Shown here piece by piece: positions 20,267-30,773 of a stretch of DNA of 64,000 nt. The notes under the pieces are model-generated. The model did not search any database and was not told the DNA's origin. It saw nothing but the letters and a program-made list of their open reading frames with translations. Source of the stretch: Candidatus Portnoybacteria bacterium RBG_19FT_COMBO_36_7 (GTDB taxonomy: Bacteria; Patescibacteriota; Minisyncoccia; Portnoybacterales; GWB1-42-6); assembly GCA_001819495.1 (NCBI GenBank), contig MHMW01000018.1, forward strand, positions 3,322 to 67,321, in the 5' to 3' direction. The first letter of the stretch is position 1. Each line of letters starts with the position of its first letter. Both the position numbers and the translations under genes were made by a program.

Positions 20267-21118
20267 TTATTCAAACAATAACGCCGCGCCCAGCGCGCCT
20301 CCGAATTTTCCCAGCTCGCTGAACAAAATCGGAGTTTTTTTTGCTTCGGGAGAAATAACATATTTTTCTATCGCTTCTTTGATGCCCGGCATTATAAATT
20401 CCTGCGTGCCCACAATTCCCCCGCCGATAATCACGGCTTCGGGGTCAAAAACATTGATGATATTGGCAATGCCGATTCCCAGATTTTTGCCTCTTTCTTC
20501 AAAAAAATCTTCTGCTTTTTCGTCTCCCGAACGCACCAATTGTTCTGCTTCTTTGCCCGTAACCCCCAGCATATTTTTTACAAAATTATTCGCCGTCAGG
20601 CTTTCAAAATCCTGACCGGAATTTCTTTCAATTATCATATGGCCGGCTTCGCCCGAAGCGCCGTGAGCGCCGATGAATATTTCTCTATTTATCATGAAAG
20701 CGCCGCCAACGCCCGTGCCGACCGCCAGATAAAAAACATTTTTTAGGTCTTTGGCCAGGCCAATATCTTTCTCCGCCTGCAAAAAACAATGGACATCGTG
20801 CTCTAATTTTATCGGCAACGGCGCCATTTTTTTCTCCAACATTTTTTTAATCGGCTGACCGTCCAAATATGGGATATTCGGGCTGTGAAGCATCTTTTCT
20901 CTTTCAACATCAAGCGCGCCGGCGATACTAAAACCAACGCCGCTAATTTCGCCGGCTGATAATTGAGCACATAGATCATATTTCATTTTTCCCAGCAGCA
21001 AAAGCAGGTTTTCCAAATTATCTGAGGTGTTTTCTAAGGCCTTCCTGATTATTTCTTTATTTTTTATCAAAGCAGCTTTGATGTTTGAGCCGCCGATGTC
21101 AAATCCAAGATAATACAT
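20267..21118 (-). CDS. ROK-family sugar kinase (glucokinase-like)
   Basis: GFDIGGSNIK, GTGVGGA, GEAGHM and GALGAA motifs. Confidence 0.9.
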   Translation of the reverse strand: MYYLGFDIGGSNIKAALIKNKEIIRKALENTSDNLENLLLLLGKMKYDLCAQLSAGEISGVGFSIAGALDVEREKMLHSPNIPYLDGQPIKKMLEKKMAPLPIKLEHDVHCFLQAEKDIGLAKDLKNVFYLAVGTGVGGAFMINREIFIGAHGASGEAGHMIIERNSGQDFESLTANNFVKNMLGVTGKEAEQLVRSGDEKAEDFFEERGKNLGIGIANIINVFDPEAVIIGGGIVGTQEFIMPGIKEAIEKYVISPEAKKTPILFSELGKFGGALGAALLFE

Positions 21119-21188
21119 AATTTTTTAATTTCTTAATGTTTAAAAATTAAAATATTAAGATTTATTTACAAAATTAAAAATTCAAAAA

Positions 21189-22202
21189 TTAAAAATTATT
21201 CAGTTGTTTAACATATTCCCAATATTCCGGATGTCCATTCTGTTTAAGACTCCACCACCATTCCGCACCCCACAAATAATAATCAGAGAATCCCGTTTTC
21301 TTGGCGTATTCAATCGTTTCCTTAAAATTATCAAACGGCATATTTTTCATCTGCTCTTCAGTTGATATTTCATATATCTGCAAATGCTGCCACGGCTCGC
21401 CTTGCAATTCAATGACAACAAATGGTTTTTCCTGTCCGACAAAAAGCCGGACGATTCTTTCTTTGGCCCGGAAAAATGAAGGCGGGATCGGATATTTATA
21501 AGCGCCTATCCATTTGCTCCAGACATAGCGGTACATGGTCGTGCCAAAAATATCGGCCCGCTTGGCCGCTCTCACCCAAATGCTCAATTCTCCGCTGTCG
21601 GTCACCATTATTGGCCGGCTATCCAGACTTTTCACAAGAGCGATTTCTTTATCCAAAAAGACGGCGTCAGCCTCCGGGCATTCGCCAAAATCAAGAAACG
21701 GCTCATTTTCCACTTCCCAGGCAATTATATTTGGATTATTCTTGTAGCGCTCAACAGTTACTCTGATGTAATCCATCAAATACTCTCTTTCGTTGTATGA
21801 AAGATATAAAGATGCATTCAAATCCAGTTTCAGTTTTTTTGCCCATTCTGGAGTATGGCATTCCGGCCATCTGGGCAGCTTACGCCCGACAGCCAGAATG
21901 ATTTTTGCGCCCCGAACGCTGGCCTGCTCTATCTGCCAGTCCAGATCTGAAAAATCAAAAACGCCTTTGCTCGGCTGGATCTGCGGCCAATATGCGATCA
22001 GCCGCAAATTCCTTATCTTTAAATCATCCAATATTTCAATATACGCTTTTTTCCAGTCAAGTTTCAGCTTCTGGGCAAAAAGCTGCGAGAAAGTTACTCC
22101 CCATTCGATTTTTCGATTCGGGTCGGCAGTATCTCGGCCCAGATAATATAGACTGCCGCCGATTATCGCAATAATAATTAAAAATTTAAAAAGTTTTCTC
22201 AT
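21189..22202 (-). CDS. Secreted/anchored clan GH-A glycoside hydrolase
   Basis: N-terminal TM; WEVENEP acid/base motif; VIELQ and YLWG. Confidence 0.65.
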   Translation of the reverse strand: MRKLFKFLIIIAIIGGSLYYLGRDTADPNRKIEWGVTFSQLFAQKLKLDWKKAYIEILDDLKIRNLRLIAYWPQIQPSKGVFDFSDLDWQIEQASVRGAKIILAVGRKLPRWPECHTPEWAKKLKLDLNASLYLSYNEREYLMDYIRVTVERYKNNPNIIAWEVENEPFLDFGECPEADAVFLDKEIALVKSLDSRPIMVTDSGELSIWVRAAKRADIFGTTMYRYVWSKWIGAYKYPIPPSFFRAKERIVRLFVGQEKPFVVIELQGEPWQHLQIYEISTEEQMKNMPFDNFKETIEYAKKTGFSDYYLWGAEWWWSLKQNGHPEYWEYVKQLNNF

Positions 22203-22213
22203 TTTGAAATAAA

Positions 22214-23107
22214 TTAAAATGCCAAAATTGCCAAACCTGCGATTATTAATATTATAGCTAAAATTTTCTGCATAAGAATTCCCCGAGTGATTTTTTCCTG
22301 AATTATTTGAGGGAATTTTTTGGAAAGGAAAATCGTTAAAATCAGCAAAAAAGCGTATTGAATTCCCTGCATGGCATTAACCAAAGAAGCGCTGGCTAGA
22401 AAAATTGCATAATTAACAGCGATAGTCCCAATGCCGGCCATTGCCTTATTGGAAACAAAAAGCATGCTTAATCCTGCCGTGGCCTGCCTGCCGCCGGAAA
22501 AAATCGAACGGCGCAGCCTCGGAAAAATCAGAAAGGTTAATGCTGTTAAAAAAATCCCTATCCGAATCCAAATAAATCCGCTGACAAAATTTTGATTAAT
22601 GAAAACATATTTTGTTAAAACAAGTGAAATGGCGGTCAGCAAAATTGAAAAAACAATAAATTTAAATCTTTTTTGCTGTTTCTCTCTGGGCTCTTTTTTA
22701 AAAGAAATCAGCACTCCGCCAAGAACCAAAAGGAGAAAAGCCGCTATTTGCGCCAAGGCGAGCCTCTCGCCCAAAAATAAAAAAGAAAGTCCCAAAACCA
22801 AAATTGGCGTCAGGCCGCCAAAAGAGGGCAGAACGCGCGAAGCTGAACCGATGTCCAGCGCATGAAAAAGATACAAAAAGCCAAAAAGCGTAAATGCACC
22901 GGTCCCAAGCGCGATTAAAAATTGGGTTGTTCCGGGCCAAACCAAGCCAAAAGGGGCCAAAGCCAAGGCAAAAATGCTCAAAAGCCCGACATAAAAAGTG
23001 TAGACTGCCGGCTTGGTCACCGGCCGCTGGCCAAGCAAAAACTTATCCAACACTCCGACAACAGCTATTAAAAAATATCCGGCAATGGCAAATAAAAACC
23101 AGCTCAT
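22214..23107 (-). CDS. DMT/EamA-family transporter
   Basis: About 10 TM segments in two repeats; FLFLGERL motif. Confidence 0.75.
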   Translation of the reverse strand: MSWFLFAIAGYFLIAVVGVLDKFLLGQRPVTKPAVYTFYVGLLSIFALALAPFGLVWPGTTQFLIALGTGAFTLFGFLYLFHALDIGSASRVLPSFGGLTPILVLGLSFLFLGERLALAQIAAFLLLVLGGVLISFKKEPREKQQKRFKFIVFSILLTAISLVLTKYVFINQNFVSGFIWIRIGIFLTALTFLIFPRLRRSIFSGGRQATAGLSMLFVSNKAMAGIGTIAVNYAIFLASASLVNAMQGIQYAFLLILTIFLSKKFPQIIQEKITRGILMQKILAIILIIAGLAILAF

Positions 23108-24342
23108 AAATTTATTGAATTATTTTTACAGATCTTCGCGTATTCCAAGGCACTGGGCCTAATGCGCCGCTCCATGGTTTTGTAGTTAACTTCAACCAAG
23201 CCGAAGCGCGGCCAGAAACCTTTATCCCATTCAAAATTATCCAAAAGAGACCAATGGAAATATCCCTGTATATTGACGCCGCGTTCCAAAGCTCGCGAAA
23301 CCGCTTTTAAAGTTTCTTCAATAAACCATCTTCTATATTTGTCTTCTTTGTCTGCCATGCCGCTTTCAGTTATATAGACCGGCTTATCGTATCTTTTTAA
23401 GTTCGCCAGAACATTTTCTATTCCTTCCGGGTGCGTGTCCCAGCCCACATCGGAAACAACCTCTTTTTTATTTTTATTTATTCCGTAATCTATTCTGTTG
23501 TGGAAATAAAAATTAAGACCTATAAAATCAAGCTGGTGATGAACCCTTCTCAAATATCTATGATTCCAAAATCTTTCAAAAAGAATCTTCAAAATTGCGT
23601 TGACAACTCCTTCCGAAGATTTAAAATCCGAAAGATTGCATACTCCTCCGACCATTGACAGAGGCGTTATTTTTTTGATGGCCCGGTATGCCCTTTTATG
23701 GGCTTTCATCAATGAACGCATTGAGAAATAAAAATTTAAAATCCCTTTTTTTTGAGGAGTCCATCTTCCGCGATAATATGAATTAAGAGAATAAATTTCC
23801 GGCTCGTTTATAGTCAGCCAATATTTGACATCGCGCCCTAAAACTTCAACCATCTTTTTAACGTATTTTTCAAAATATTTCGGGAAATCCGCATTCCTCA
23901 CCCCGCCTTTTTTTGCCAGCCAAATAGGCAATGTCCAATGCCACAAGGTCACAAAGGGTTCCAGTCCTCTCTCTTTTAACGCTTTTATGACCAGCTGATA
24001 GTGCTCTATTTCTCTTTCGTCAAACTTTCCTTCTTCTGGCTCTATGCGGCTCCATTCAATTGAAAAACGATGAGCGTTCTGGCCAAGCTCTTTGACAATA
24101 TCAAAATCCTGCTCAAAACGTTTGTAATGGCCGCAGGCGTGATCTGAAATATAATTTTTGGGCTCAAACATCTCCGGAAATTTTTCCTGCTGCCATTCTT
24201 GAAATTCCATTCTGGTTTCCTTTGCCAGACGATTGGCATTGGTTTTTTCCCATTCTGTCCAGTCGTTAAAATTCCAGCCCTCAACTTGATGAGCCGAGGT
24301 AGCCGCGCCCCATAAAAACCCTGAGGGAAATTTGTATTCCAT
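23104..24342 (-). CDS. Glycoside hydrolase family 1 (beta-glucosidase)
   Basis: FLWGAATSAHQVEG, RFSIEWSRI, TINEP, ITESG and WSLLDNFEW. Confidence 0.93.
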   Translation of the reverse strand: MEYKFPSGFLWGAATSAHQVEGWNFNDWTEWEKTNANRLAKETRMEFQEWQQEKFPEMFEPKNYISDHACGHYKRFEQDFDIVKELGQNAHRFSIEWSRIEPEEGKFDEREIEHYQLVIKALKERGLEPFVTLWHWTLPIWLAKKGGVRNADFPKYFEKYVKKMVEVLGRDVKYWLTINEPEIYSLNSYYRGRWTPQKKGILNFYFSMRSLMKAHKRAYRAIKKITPLSMVGGVCNLSDFKSSEGVVNAILKILFERFWNHRYLRRVHHQLDFIGLNFYFHNRIDYGINKNKKEVVSDVGWDTHPEGIENVLANLKRYDKPVYITESGMADKEDKYRRWFIEETLKAVSRALERGVNIQGYFHWSLLDNFEWDKGFWPRFGLVEVNYKTMERRIRPSALEYAKICKNNSINL

Positions 24343-24343
24343 A

Positions 24344-24410
24344 CCGGGTAGTAGAAATTCGACAATTACTAGTATCGCTGCCGGGCAGCAGTCGAATTTT
24401 CACTACCCGG
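24344..24410. mobile_element. MITE-like cassette (family A, 67 bp) at the GH1 start codon
   Basis: ccgggtagtagaaattcgac...gtcgaattttcactacccgg flanked by CATA (24340-24343, 24411-24414). Confidence 0.85.
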
Positions 24411-24420
24411 CATATTTTTT

Positions 24421-24429
24421 ATTATACCA
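24421..24429 (-). promoter_or_regulatory. Extended -10 promoter
   Basis: TGGTATAAT, 7 nt before the ATG at 24413. Confidence 0.55.
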
Positions 24430-24471
24430 AAAAACAGCCGGTTGGGCTGTTTTTTTATACACATCGCTGTT

Positions 24472-24687
24472 TTAGCGCTTGGCTATCGTATAAGTTCCAT
24501 CGTCATTATGAATTAACGAATAATTTTTGCCTGTCTGCGTCTCAAAATGCGCGGCGCCATGGACTTTGGCGTAACGAAAAAGCATTTCCGATTCTTCACG
24601 GTCTATTTTCCTGACTATATATACGTAGCCCGGATCATCATTATCTTCGTAAATTGTCGGATGACCGTTTATATTCATTTTTGGCAT
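24472..24687 (-). CDS. Small hypothetical protein
   Basis: 71-aa ORF followed by a terminator-like hairpin at 24430-24455. Confidence 0.6.
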   Translation of the reverse strand: MPKMNINGHPTIYEDNDDPGYVYIVRKIDREESEMLFRYAKVHGAAHFETQTGKNYSLIHNDDGTYTIAKR

Positions 24688-24794
24688 GATTTTAAATTTA
24701 ATTTATTATAACGGCGGTTTGTGTATTCTTTTTTAAATCTTAACCGACAAACTCATGTTATCACAAAATCTTCTTTTCAACAATTTTTTGATAA

Positions 24795-25073
24795 TTATTT
24801 TTTTCTGATTTTTATAGCCTTGCCTCCAATCAAGGCTTCAGCGACTTTTTTACGGGCCGAAGCCAAAATCCGCTGAAGAGTGCTTTGGGAAATCTTCATT
24901 TTTATTGCCCCTTCCTCCTGTTCTAAATCTTCCAAATCGCAAAGTCGCAGCGCTTCCAGCTCATCTATGCTTAAATCTACCTCTTCCAGCATGGACAATG
25001 GCACAGCTCGCGGCTTAAAATAAACTACTTCTGGATCAAATAATATTCTTCTTGGCTTTAATGGTCTTGTCAT
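24795..25073 (-). CDS. DUF134 (UPF0251) putative DNA-binding protein
   Basis: MTRPLKPR, DELEALRLCD and ARKKVAEALIGGK. Confidence 0.85.
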   Translation of the reverse strand: MTRPLKPRRILFDPEVVYFKPRAVPLSMLEEVDLSIDELEALRLCDLEDLEQEEGAIKMKISQSTLQRILASARKKVAEALIGGKAIKIRKK

Positions 25074-25096
25074 ATATTTATATGGAGTTTATTCGG

Positions 25097-26146
25097 TTAT
25101 TCTCTAATCAAATTGCTTTTACATTTTGGACACTCGAATTTTGAGCAAGGAGTGCCGCGTTCGTGAATAAATTTATATCCGCATTTTGGACAAACGCAAT
25201 ATCCGCCCGGTCCTCCTCCTTTAGATTCTTTTATTTCTTCTTTAAATTTGCCTCTTCTCTGCCAGCCAAAACTTCGGCCAAAAGCGGGCTTGTAATATCC
25301 AGTTGAAACTTCATGGCTTTTAATTTGAATAGCAACATAAGATAATCGCTCAACCTCTTTTATCAATTTTCCCTTTAGGTCTTCGGAGGTTTTCACTGCT
25401 TCTTCTACAGTTAGACTACTGGGTAGCTTTATTTCTAAATTAGCCGTAACGGCTGATCCCTTTTTCTGGGTTTTTAAAGAATCTATCTCTATGTTTTGCA
25501 TACTGACAATTGATTTTATTTTTTCTTCGGTTTCAGGGCTCGCTGAAATATCAAGCAAAGAATCAACTGCCTCTTTGCCCAGCGAAAACGATTCTTTGAT
25601 GATATATAAACCAATAAATAACGCCATAACCAAATCAACATAAATCCAGTATCTGGTTAAAAATAATCCCGTCAGAACAACCAATGAAGCATAAACATCA
25701 ACTCTGGAATGAATTCCGTCAGACAGCAGGCTAACTGAATTCTCCTTTTTACCATAATGAATTTTTAATCTTGCCATCACTTCGTTAACAGCAGCTGATG
25801 CCAACATAACGCCGAAAGCCAAATAGCCGATGCCAACAGGCGAAGGGTTTTTAAAGTCGCGAACCGATTCAAAAACAATAAACAGTCCTGTTAAAAATAA
25901 AATTATAGTTATAAGCAGGCCGGCCAAAACTTCAAATTTATAATGGCCGTAAGGATGTTTTTTGTCTACCGGTTTTTTTGCTATCTTTATGCCGGCAAAA
26001 CTTATTGCCGAAGACAAAATATCCATTCCCGAATGCAAACCTTCAGCAAATACAGCGCCAGAACCGGCTATAATTCCGGCTGTCAATTTGCTTCCGGCCA
26101 AAAAAATATTTGCCAATATTGAAATTGTTGCTATTTTTTCTTTCAT
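25097..26146 (-). CDS. Cation diffusion facilitator transporter with a C-terminal Cys-rich domain
   Basis: HSGMD, HPYGHYKFE and HSRVD; tail GGGPGGYCVCPKCG...CPKC. Confidence 0.88.
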   Translation of the reverse strand: MKEKIATISILANIFLAGSKLTAGIIAGSGAVFAEGLHSGMDILSSAISFAGIKIAKKPVDKKHPYGHYKFEVLAGLLITIILFLTGLFIVFESVRDFKNPSPVGIGYLAFGVMLASAAVNEVMARLKIHYGKKENSVSLLSDGIHSRVDVYASLVVLTGLFLTRYWIYVDLVMALFIGLYIIKESFSLGKEAVDSLLDISASPETEEKIKSIVSMQNIEIDSLKTQKKGSAVTANLEIKLPSSLTVEEAVKTSEDLKGKLIKEVERLSYVAIQIKSHEVSTGYYKPAFGRSFGWQRRGKFKEEIKESKGGGPGGYCVCPKCGYKFIHERGTPCSKFECPKCKSNLIRE

Positions 26147-26174
26147 ACAAAATTGATGTTTAATCTGTTAATAA

Positions 26175-27326
26175 CTAGTTTTTATTAACATTAATCTTCT
26201 CGGCCGTTCTTTTATAAATATAAGCTGCCAAAAATGTCGTAATCGGCACAGCCAAAGCCAATCCGATGCTGCCAACCAAAGCCCTCACTATTTCCGTAGC
26301 AATGACTTCGTTATTTATAACCCGGTTAAGCGTTTCAAAAGGAGGCTGCTTAAAGACAAACAGAAGCAAAAGCGGAAAAGATGCCCCGGCATATGCTAAA
26401 AACAAAGTATTGACCATTGAGGCAACGTGGTCAATGCCTATCTTCATCGCTCTTTTATATATTTCAAATTTGGATAGACCAGGATTGGCTTTCGTTAATT
26501 CTTCAACGGCTGAAACCTGACTGATGGTTATATCGTCCAAAACGCCCAAAGCGCCGATTATAAATCCTGCCAGCAACAAACCTTTTAGATTTAAACTGCT
26601 ACCCATTAAATTTACCAGAAATATAGTTTCCTCCTGAGCGAAGCCAGCCAGCCTGACAAGTTCAGTAAAAATAAGCGAAAGAATTCCGACAATCGTTATT
26701 CCGGCAAAAGTTCCTAAAATTGCCACGCTTGATTTTTTGTTCAGGCCATAGACTAAATAAGTAGAAACTAAGATAATAATCGCGGAAAATAACAGGCTGA
26801 CCGATAAAGGATCGGAACCGTCTAATATTTTAGGAATGACAAACTTAAAAATTATCAAAAAACTGAAACCAAGGCCCATTATTGCTCTTAAGCCCCGCCA
26901 TCGGCCGGTTAAAAGAATCACCAAACAAAAAATAGCGGCCAGCCAATATATCTTATCCAGCCGGACAAAATCAACTATATAATAATCGCTCTCCCCTTCT
27001 GCCTGCTCGCTGAAGGAAACCAAAACCTTATCGCCTTTTTGATACAGCTCATTAAAAGACGGATTAATTTCTATCCCAGAAACAATAACTTCAATATCCT
27101 CCCATCGGCCTTCAAGGCCTTCTACTTTCAATTTCTGCGAAATATATTTAGAATTATCTTCCCCGATAAATTCTTCCTGTTCTAAAACTTCTAAAACTTT
27201 TGCTTTAAAAATTTCTTCTTTGAAACTTTCGCTTGCTGATTCGGTTTCTTGTGCCAAAGAAAAACATATATTAAAGAACAAAACGCCGCAAATTATTAAA
27301 TAAGATAAAAATAATTTTTTGCTCAT
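26175..27326 (-). CDS. YibE/F-family membrane protein
   Basis: GALGVLDDITISQ, MVNTLFLAYAG and GSIGLALAVPITT. Confidence 0.85.
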   Translation of the reverse strand: MSKKLFLSYLIICGVLFFNICFSLAQETESASESFKEEIFKAKVLEVLEQEEFIGEDNSKYISQKLKVEGLEGRWEDIEVIVSGIEINPSFNELYQKGDKVLVSFSEQAEGESDYYIVDFVRLDKIYWLAAIFCLVILLTGRWRGLRAIMGLGFSFLIIFKFVIPKILDGSDPLSVSLLFSAIIILVSTYLVYGLNKKSSVAILGTFAGITIVGILSLIFTELVRLAGFAQEETIFLVNLMGSSLNLKGLLLAGFIIGALGVLDDITISQVSAVEELTKANPGLSKFEIYKRAMKIGIDHVASMVNTLFLAYAGASFPLLLLFVFKQPPFETLNRVINNEVIATEIVRALVGSIGLALAVPITTFLAAYIYKRTAEKINVNKN

Positions 27327-27446
27327 TTTAAAATATTTTTATTTTTTTCTAATTTTGATAGCCTCGCCACAGTTTAATTTTATTATACAATAAAACTGGA
27401 AAAAAGCCCTGCTTCCAATTTTAAACCAGAAACAGGGCTTTCTCTT

Positions 27447-27689
27447 TTACTGCTTCTTGAGTTCATTGAGCCTGTCTTTGAGAGCTTTCAGCTCTTCTTC
27501 TAAAATCTTTGCTTCTTCCTCCAATATCTGTTTTTCCTCTTTTTGCGGCACTTCAGAGCCAAATCTCCAGAATCTGCCAAATCCTCTTCCTAATCCTTTT
27601 CGCCAGCCCATACCAGCTCCGCAAGGCCCCATACCCCAGCCGGTGCCAGCTCCCATTCCCCAAGGACCAGTTCCGTCTCGTCTTGGCAT
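27447..27689 (-). CDS. DUF5320-family small Gly-rich protein
   Basis: MPRRDGTGPWGMG...GPC with a C-terminal coiled coil. Confidence 0.8.
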   Translation of the reverse strand: MPRRDGTGPWGMGAGTGWGMGPCGAGMGWRKGLGRGFGRFWRFGSEVPQKEEKQILEEEAKILEEELKALKDRLNELKKQ

Positions 27690-27898
27690 AGTTTTATTAA
27701 GTTATTGCTATTTAGCAGATAGCCCGACCTTTGGCAACGACTACCTATTATGAATATATACCCATAACTAATGCTTGTCAATACCCATCCCTTTTCCAAC
27801 TAAAAAACCGCCTTCTTGGCAAGGCGGTCTTTGACACTAATTTTATTCTTCCAACATCTGCTGATCAATCAAGGGCTTGCCCTGAGCTTGTCGAAGGG

Positions 27899-27969
27899 CT
27901 GCGGGGCTTGGAATCGAACCAAGATTCCCAGATTCAGAGTCTGGTTGCCTACCTTTAGCAGACCCCGCA
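27899..27969 (-). tRNA. tRNA-Gln (CTG)
   Basis: TGCGGGG/CCCCGCA acceptor; CCAGA-CTCTGAA-TCTGG anticodon arm; GGTTCGATTCC T arm; CCA not encoded. Confidence 0.92.
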
Positions 27970-27982
27970 GTAAACCCCGCAA

Positions 27983-28894
27983 TTATACCCTCAAATATCG
28001 CCTAATTGCAATAAAGCTGGACAGCGAACCAAGAACCGCGCCCACGCCGACCAAAAGCATTAATATTTGTCCGATATTTACTTCAAAAAAATACAGGAGG
28101 TCAACTTCGGGCAGGAATGAAGTAATCTTGGGCGAAACAAAATAAAGCGCCGGATAAAGAATTATTAAAGTGGCCATCGCCGCCAAAATGCCGTAAATTA
28201 CGCCCTCAACCACGAACGGCCCCCTGATATACCAATTGCTCGCCCCAACCAGCCTCATCACCGAAATCTCGTCTTTCCAGTTATACATGGTTAAGCGAAC
28301 CGTATTAAATGTGATAAAAATCGCCATGAGCGCCAAAACTAAACTCGCAATAATTCCTCCGCGGCCGATATTTGAGGCCAAGTTAGAAACGCGTTCAATT
28401 ACCTCCCTGTTTTGATGATAATTTACTTTATCTACCAGAGAAGCATACTTTGACTGTTCCAAAAATCCGGCAATGGTCTCAAACTGAGCAGCCGACTGGG
28501 CTTTGATGTTGAGACTGGCCTGAAGCGGATTGTCATCAAGCTCATCCAGGCTCTGCAAAAGGGTTTGGTTGTCTTTATGCCGCTCTTTAAATTGTTTTAA
28601 CGCTTCCTCTTTTGAAACATATTCAACTGATTTGACCTCAGACAACTTTATCAGATCCTGCCTGATAGCCAGAATATCATTCTCCGGCGACTCGGAATTA
28701 AAATAAGCGCTGACGTCAACTTTATTTTCCAAATCCGCTACCACCGATTGAGTTATCACGTTCAAAAGAAGAAGGCTTGTCATTACAAACAAGGTTAGCA
28801 CAATTATGGAAATCGTGGCGGCTGAAAGCCAGCTGTTGCGCCAGAAATTCTGAAAACCGGTTTTAATAATGCGCAAAAGATTCGTTCTAATCAT
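27983..28894 (-). CDS. ftsX: Cell division permease FtsX
   Basis: EISVMRLVGASNWYIRGPF; follows ftsE. Confidence 0.92.
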   Translation of the reverse strand: MIRTNLLRIIKTGFQNFWRNSWLSAATISIIVLTLFVMTSLLLLNVITQSVVADLENKVDVSAYFNSESPENDILAIRQDLIKLSEVKSVEYVSKEEALKQFKERHKDNQTLLQSLDELDDNPLQASLNIKAQSAAQFETIAGFLEQSKYASLVDKVNYHQNREVIERVSNLASNIGRGGIIASLVLALMAIFITFNTVRLTMYNWKDEISVMRLVGASNWYIRGPFVVEGVIYGILAAMATLIILYPALYFVSPKITSFLPEVDLLYFFEVNIGQILMLLVGVGAVLGSLSSFIAIRRYLRV

Positions 28895-28927
28895 AAGTTT
28901 TGAATTTTGACATTTGACCTTTGAACT

Positions 28928-29623
28928 TTAAAGAATATACCTCCCTTTCTGCTCATCTCTGATTAATTTTCCTTTATCCAGCGTTATTACCCGCCGGCTC
29001 AGATTGTTTATAATGTCTCTGTCGTGTGTCGCCAAAATTATCGTCGTGCCAAGTTCGTTGATTTTCAGCAGCAATTTAATGATGTCCCAGGTATTCAATA
29101 AATCAAGATTGCCTGTCGGCTCGTCGGCCAGAATAACCGAAGGCCGGTGCACCAGGGCTCTGGCAATGGCCACTCTCTGTTTTTCCCCGCCGGATAACTG
29201 ATGCGGAAAATAATCCCTTTTGTCAGCCAAGCCAACCACGTCCAAAACCTGAGGGACATCTTGTCCTATTTCTTTGTTGCTGTCGCCGGCCGCTTCCATG
29301 GCAAAAGCCACATTCTCATAAGCCGTTCGGTTGGCCAGCAATCTAAAATCCTGAAAAACCATGCCGATTTTTCTCCTGATTTCTGGCAGATGCTTTAAAC
29401 TGACAAGGTTAAGATTCTGATTATCAAGCATTACTTTGCCTTCGGTCGGCTTTTCTTCGCCAATCAGAAGCTTGAGGAGAGTCGATTTTCCCGCGCCCGA
29501 AGGCCCGGCCAGAGATATAAACTCCTGAGGGCGGATACGAAGATTAATACTGTCCAGCGCCACGCATGGATCAGAACTCCCGTTGCAATTATAGATTTTG
29601 CTTACATTTTCAAAATAAATCAT
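28928..29623 (-). CDS. ftsE: Cell division ATP-binding protein FtsE
   Basis: [25 protein letters not shown] and ADEPTGNLD. Confidence 0.93.
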   Translation of the reverse strand: MIYFENVSKIYNCNGSSDPCVALDSINLRIRPQEFISLAGPSGAGKSTLLKLLIGEEKPTEGKVMLDNQNLNLVSLKHLPEIRRKIGMVFQDFRLLANRTAYENVAFAMEAAGDSNKEIGQDVPQVLDVVGLADKRDYFPHQLSGGEKQRVAIARALVHRPSVILADEPTGNLDLLNTWDIIKLLLKINELGTTIILATHDRDIINNLSRRVITLDKGKLIRDEQKGRYIL

Positions 29624-29626
29624 TTT

Positions 29627-30725
29627 TTATTTCATTTTTATCTCTGCTTCTAAGAATTCATCAAGCTCTCCGTCTAGGATTTTTTCTGGCTGGCGGGATT
29701 CTGTTTCTGTTCGGTGGTCTTTGACTAATTTGTAAGGATGCAGGACGTATGAGCGGATTTGTGCGCCCCATTCGGCCGTACCTTCAGAAACTTTTTTGCC
29801 GCTTCTAATTTTCTGAGTTTCTTTTTCCTGTTTTTTGAGCTCCAGCGCAAAGAGCTTGCTGTAAAGAATGGCCATTGCCTTTTCTTTATTCATTGATTGG
29901 GAGCGTTCGCTTTGGGCCGCCACCGCGATGCCGGTCGGCTCATGAGTTATGCGCACAGCCGTTTCAACTTTATTGACATTCTGGCCGCCCGGGCCGGAAG
30001 AACGGAATGTATCAATGCGTAGGTCGTTGGGATTTATTTTTATTTCTGTTAGTTTTTCAAATTCAGGCAGGACTTCCACTAGGGCAAATGATGTATGGCG
30101 CAGATTGTTGGCGTTAAAAGGTGAAAGACGGACTAGCCGGTGCACGCCTCCTTCACCTTTCAAATATCCATACGCGTAAGGCCCGCGAATTTCCAAAGTG
30201 GCGTTTTTTATGCCTGCTTCAGCGCCTTCGTGAGTATGCAAAACTTTTGTGGCAAATCCGCGCGCTTGTCCGTATCTCTGATACATGCGCAGAAGCATTT
30301 GCGCCCAGTCCTGCGCCTCGGTTCCGCCCGCTCCTGAATAAATTGACAGAAGAGCGTTGTTTGAATCGTATTTGCCGGACAAAAAAGTTTTTAATTCTTC
30401 TTTGGCGATTATTTTTTCAAGCTCCAAATATTTTTCTTCGAGATCCTTGTTCAATTTTTCGTCTGACTCCGCAAGCTGCTGCAATTCTGCCAGCTCTGCC
30501 AGGTCTTTTTCTATTTTCTCCCATCTTTCTTTGTCTTCTTTGAGCGCGTTGACTTGCTGCGCTATTTCTTTGGCGCTTTCCTGGTCTTTCCAGAAATCAG
30601 GCTCCCCCATCATTTTCTCCAGTCCTTTGATTTTAACCTCTTTGGAAGGTAAATCAAAGATAGTCCGTGATCTTTTGGACCCGGCCTTTAAGATTTTCTA
30701 TTTGTTTTTCCAAATTCTCAATCAT
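29627..30725 (-). CDS. prfB: Peptide chain release factor 2, translated via +1 programmed frameshift
   Basis: SPF and GGQ motifs. The upstream ORF from ATG 30725 (MIENLEKQ...TDYL) ends in CTT TGA at 30659-30654; +1 continues DLPSKEVK into the 328-aa ORF. Confidence 0.93.
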
Positions 30726-30773
30726 TTACTCTACTAATTATATTATGCCTGTCAAAAAAAAACAACAAAAGAG

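Noticed and set aside
29627-30725. prfB as a broken gene
   Set aside because: The break is the known CTT-TGA programmed +1 frameshift.
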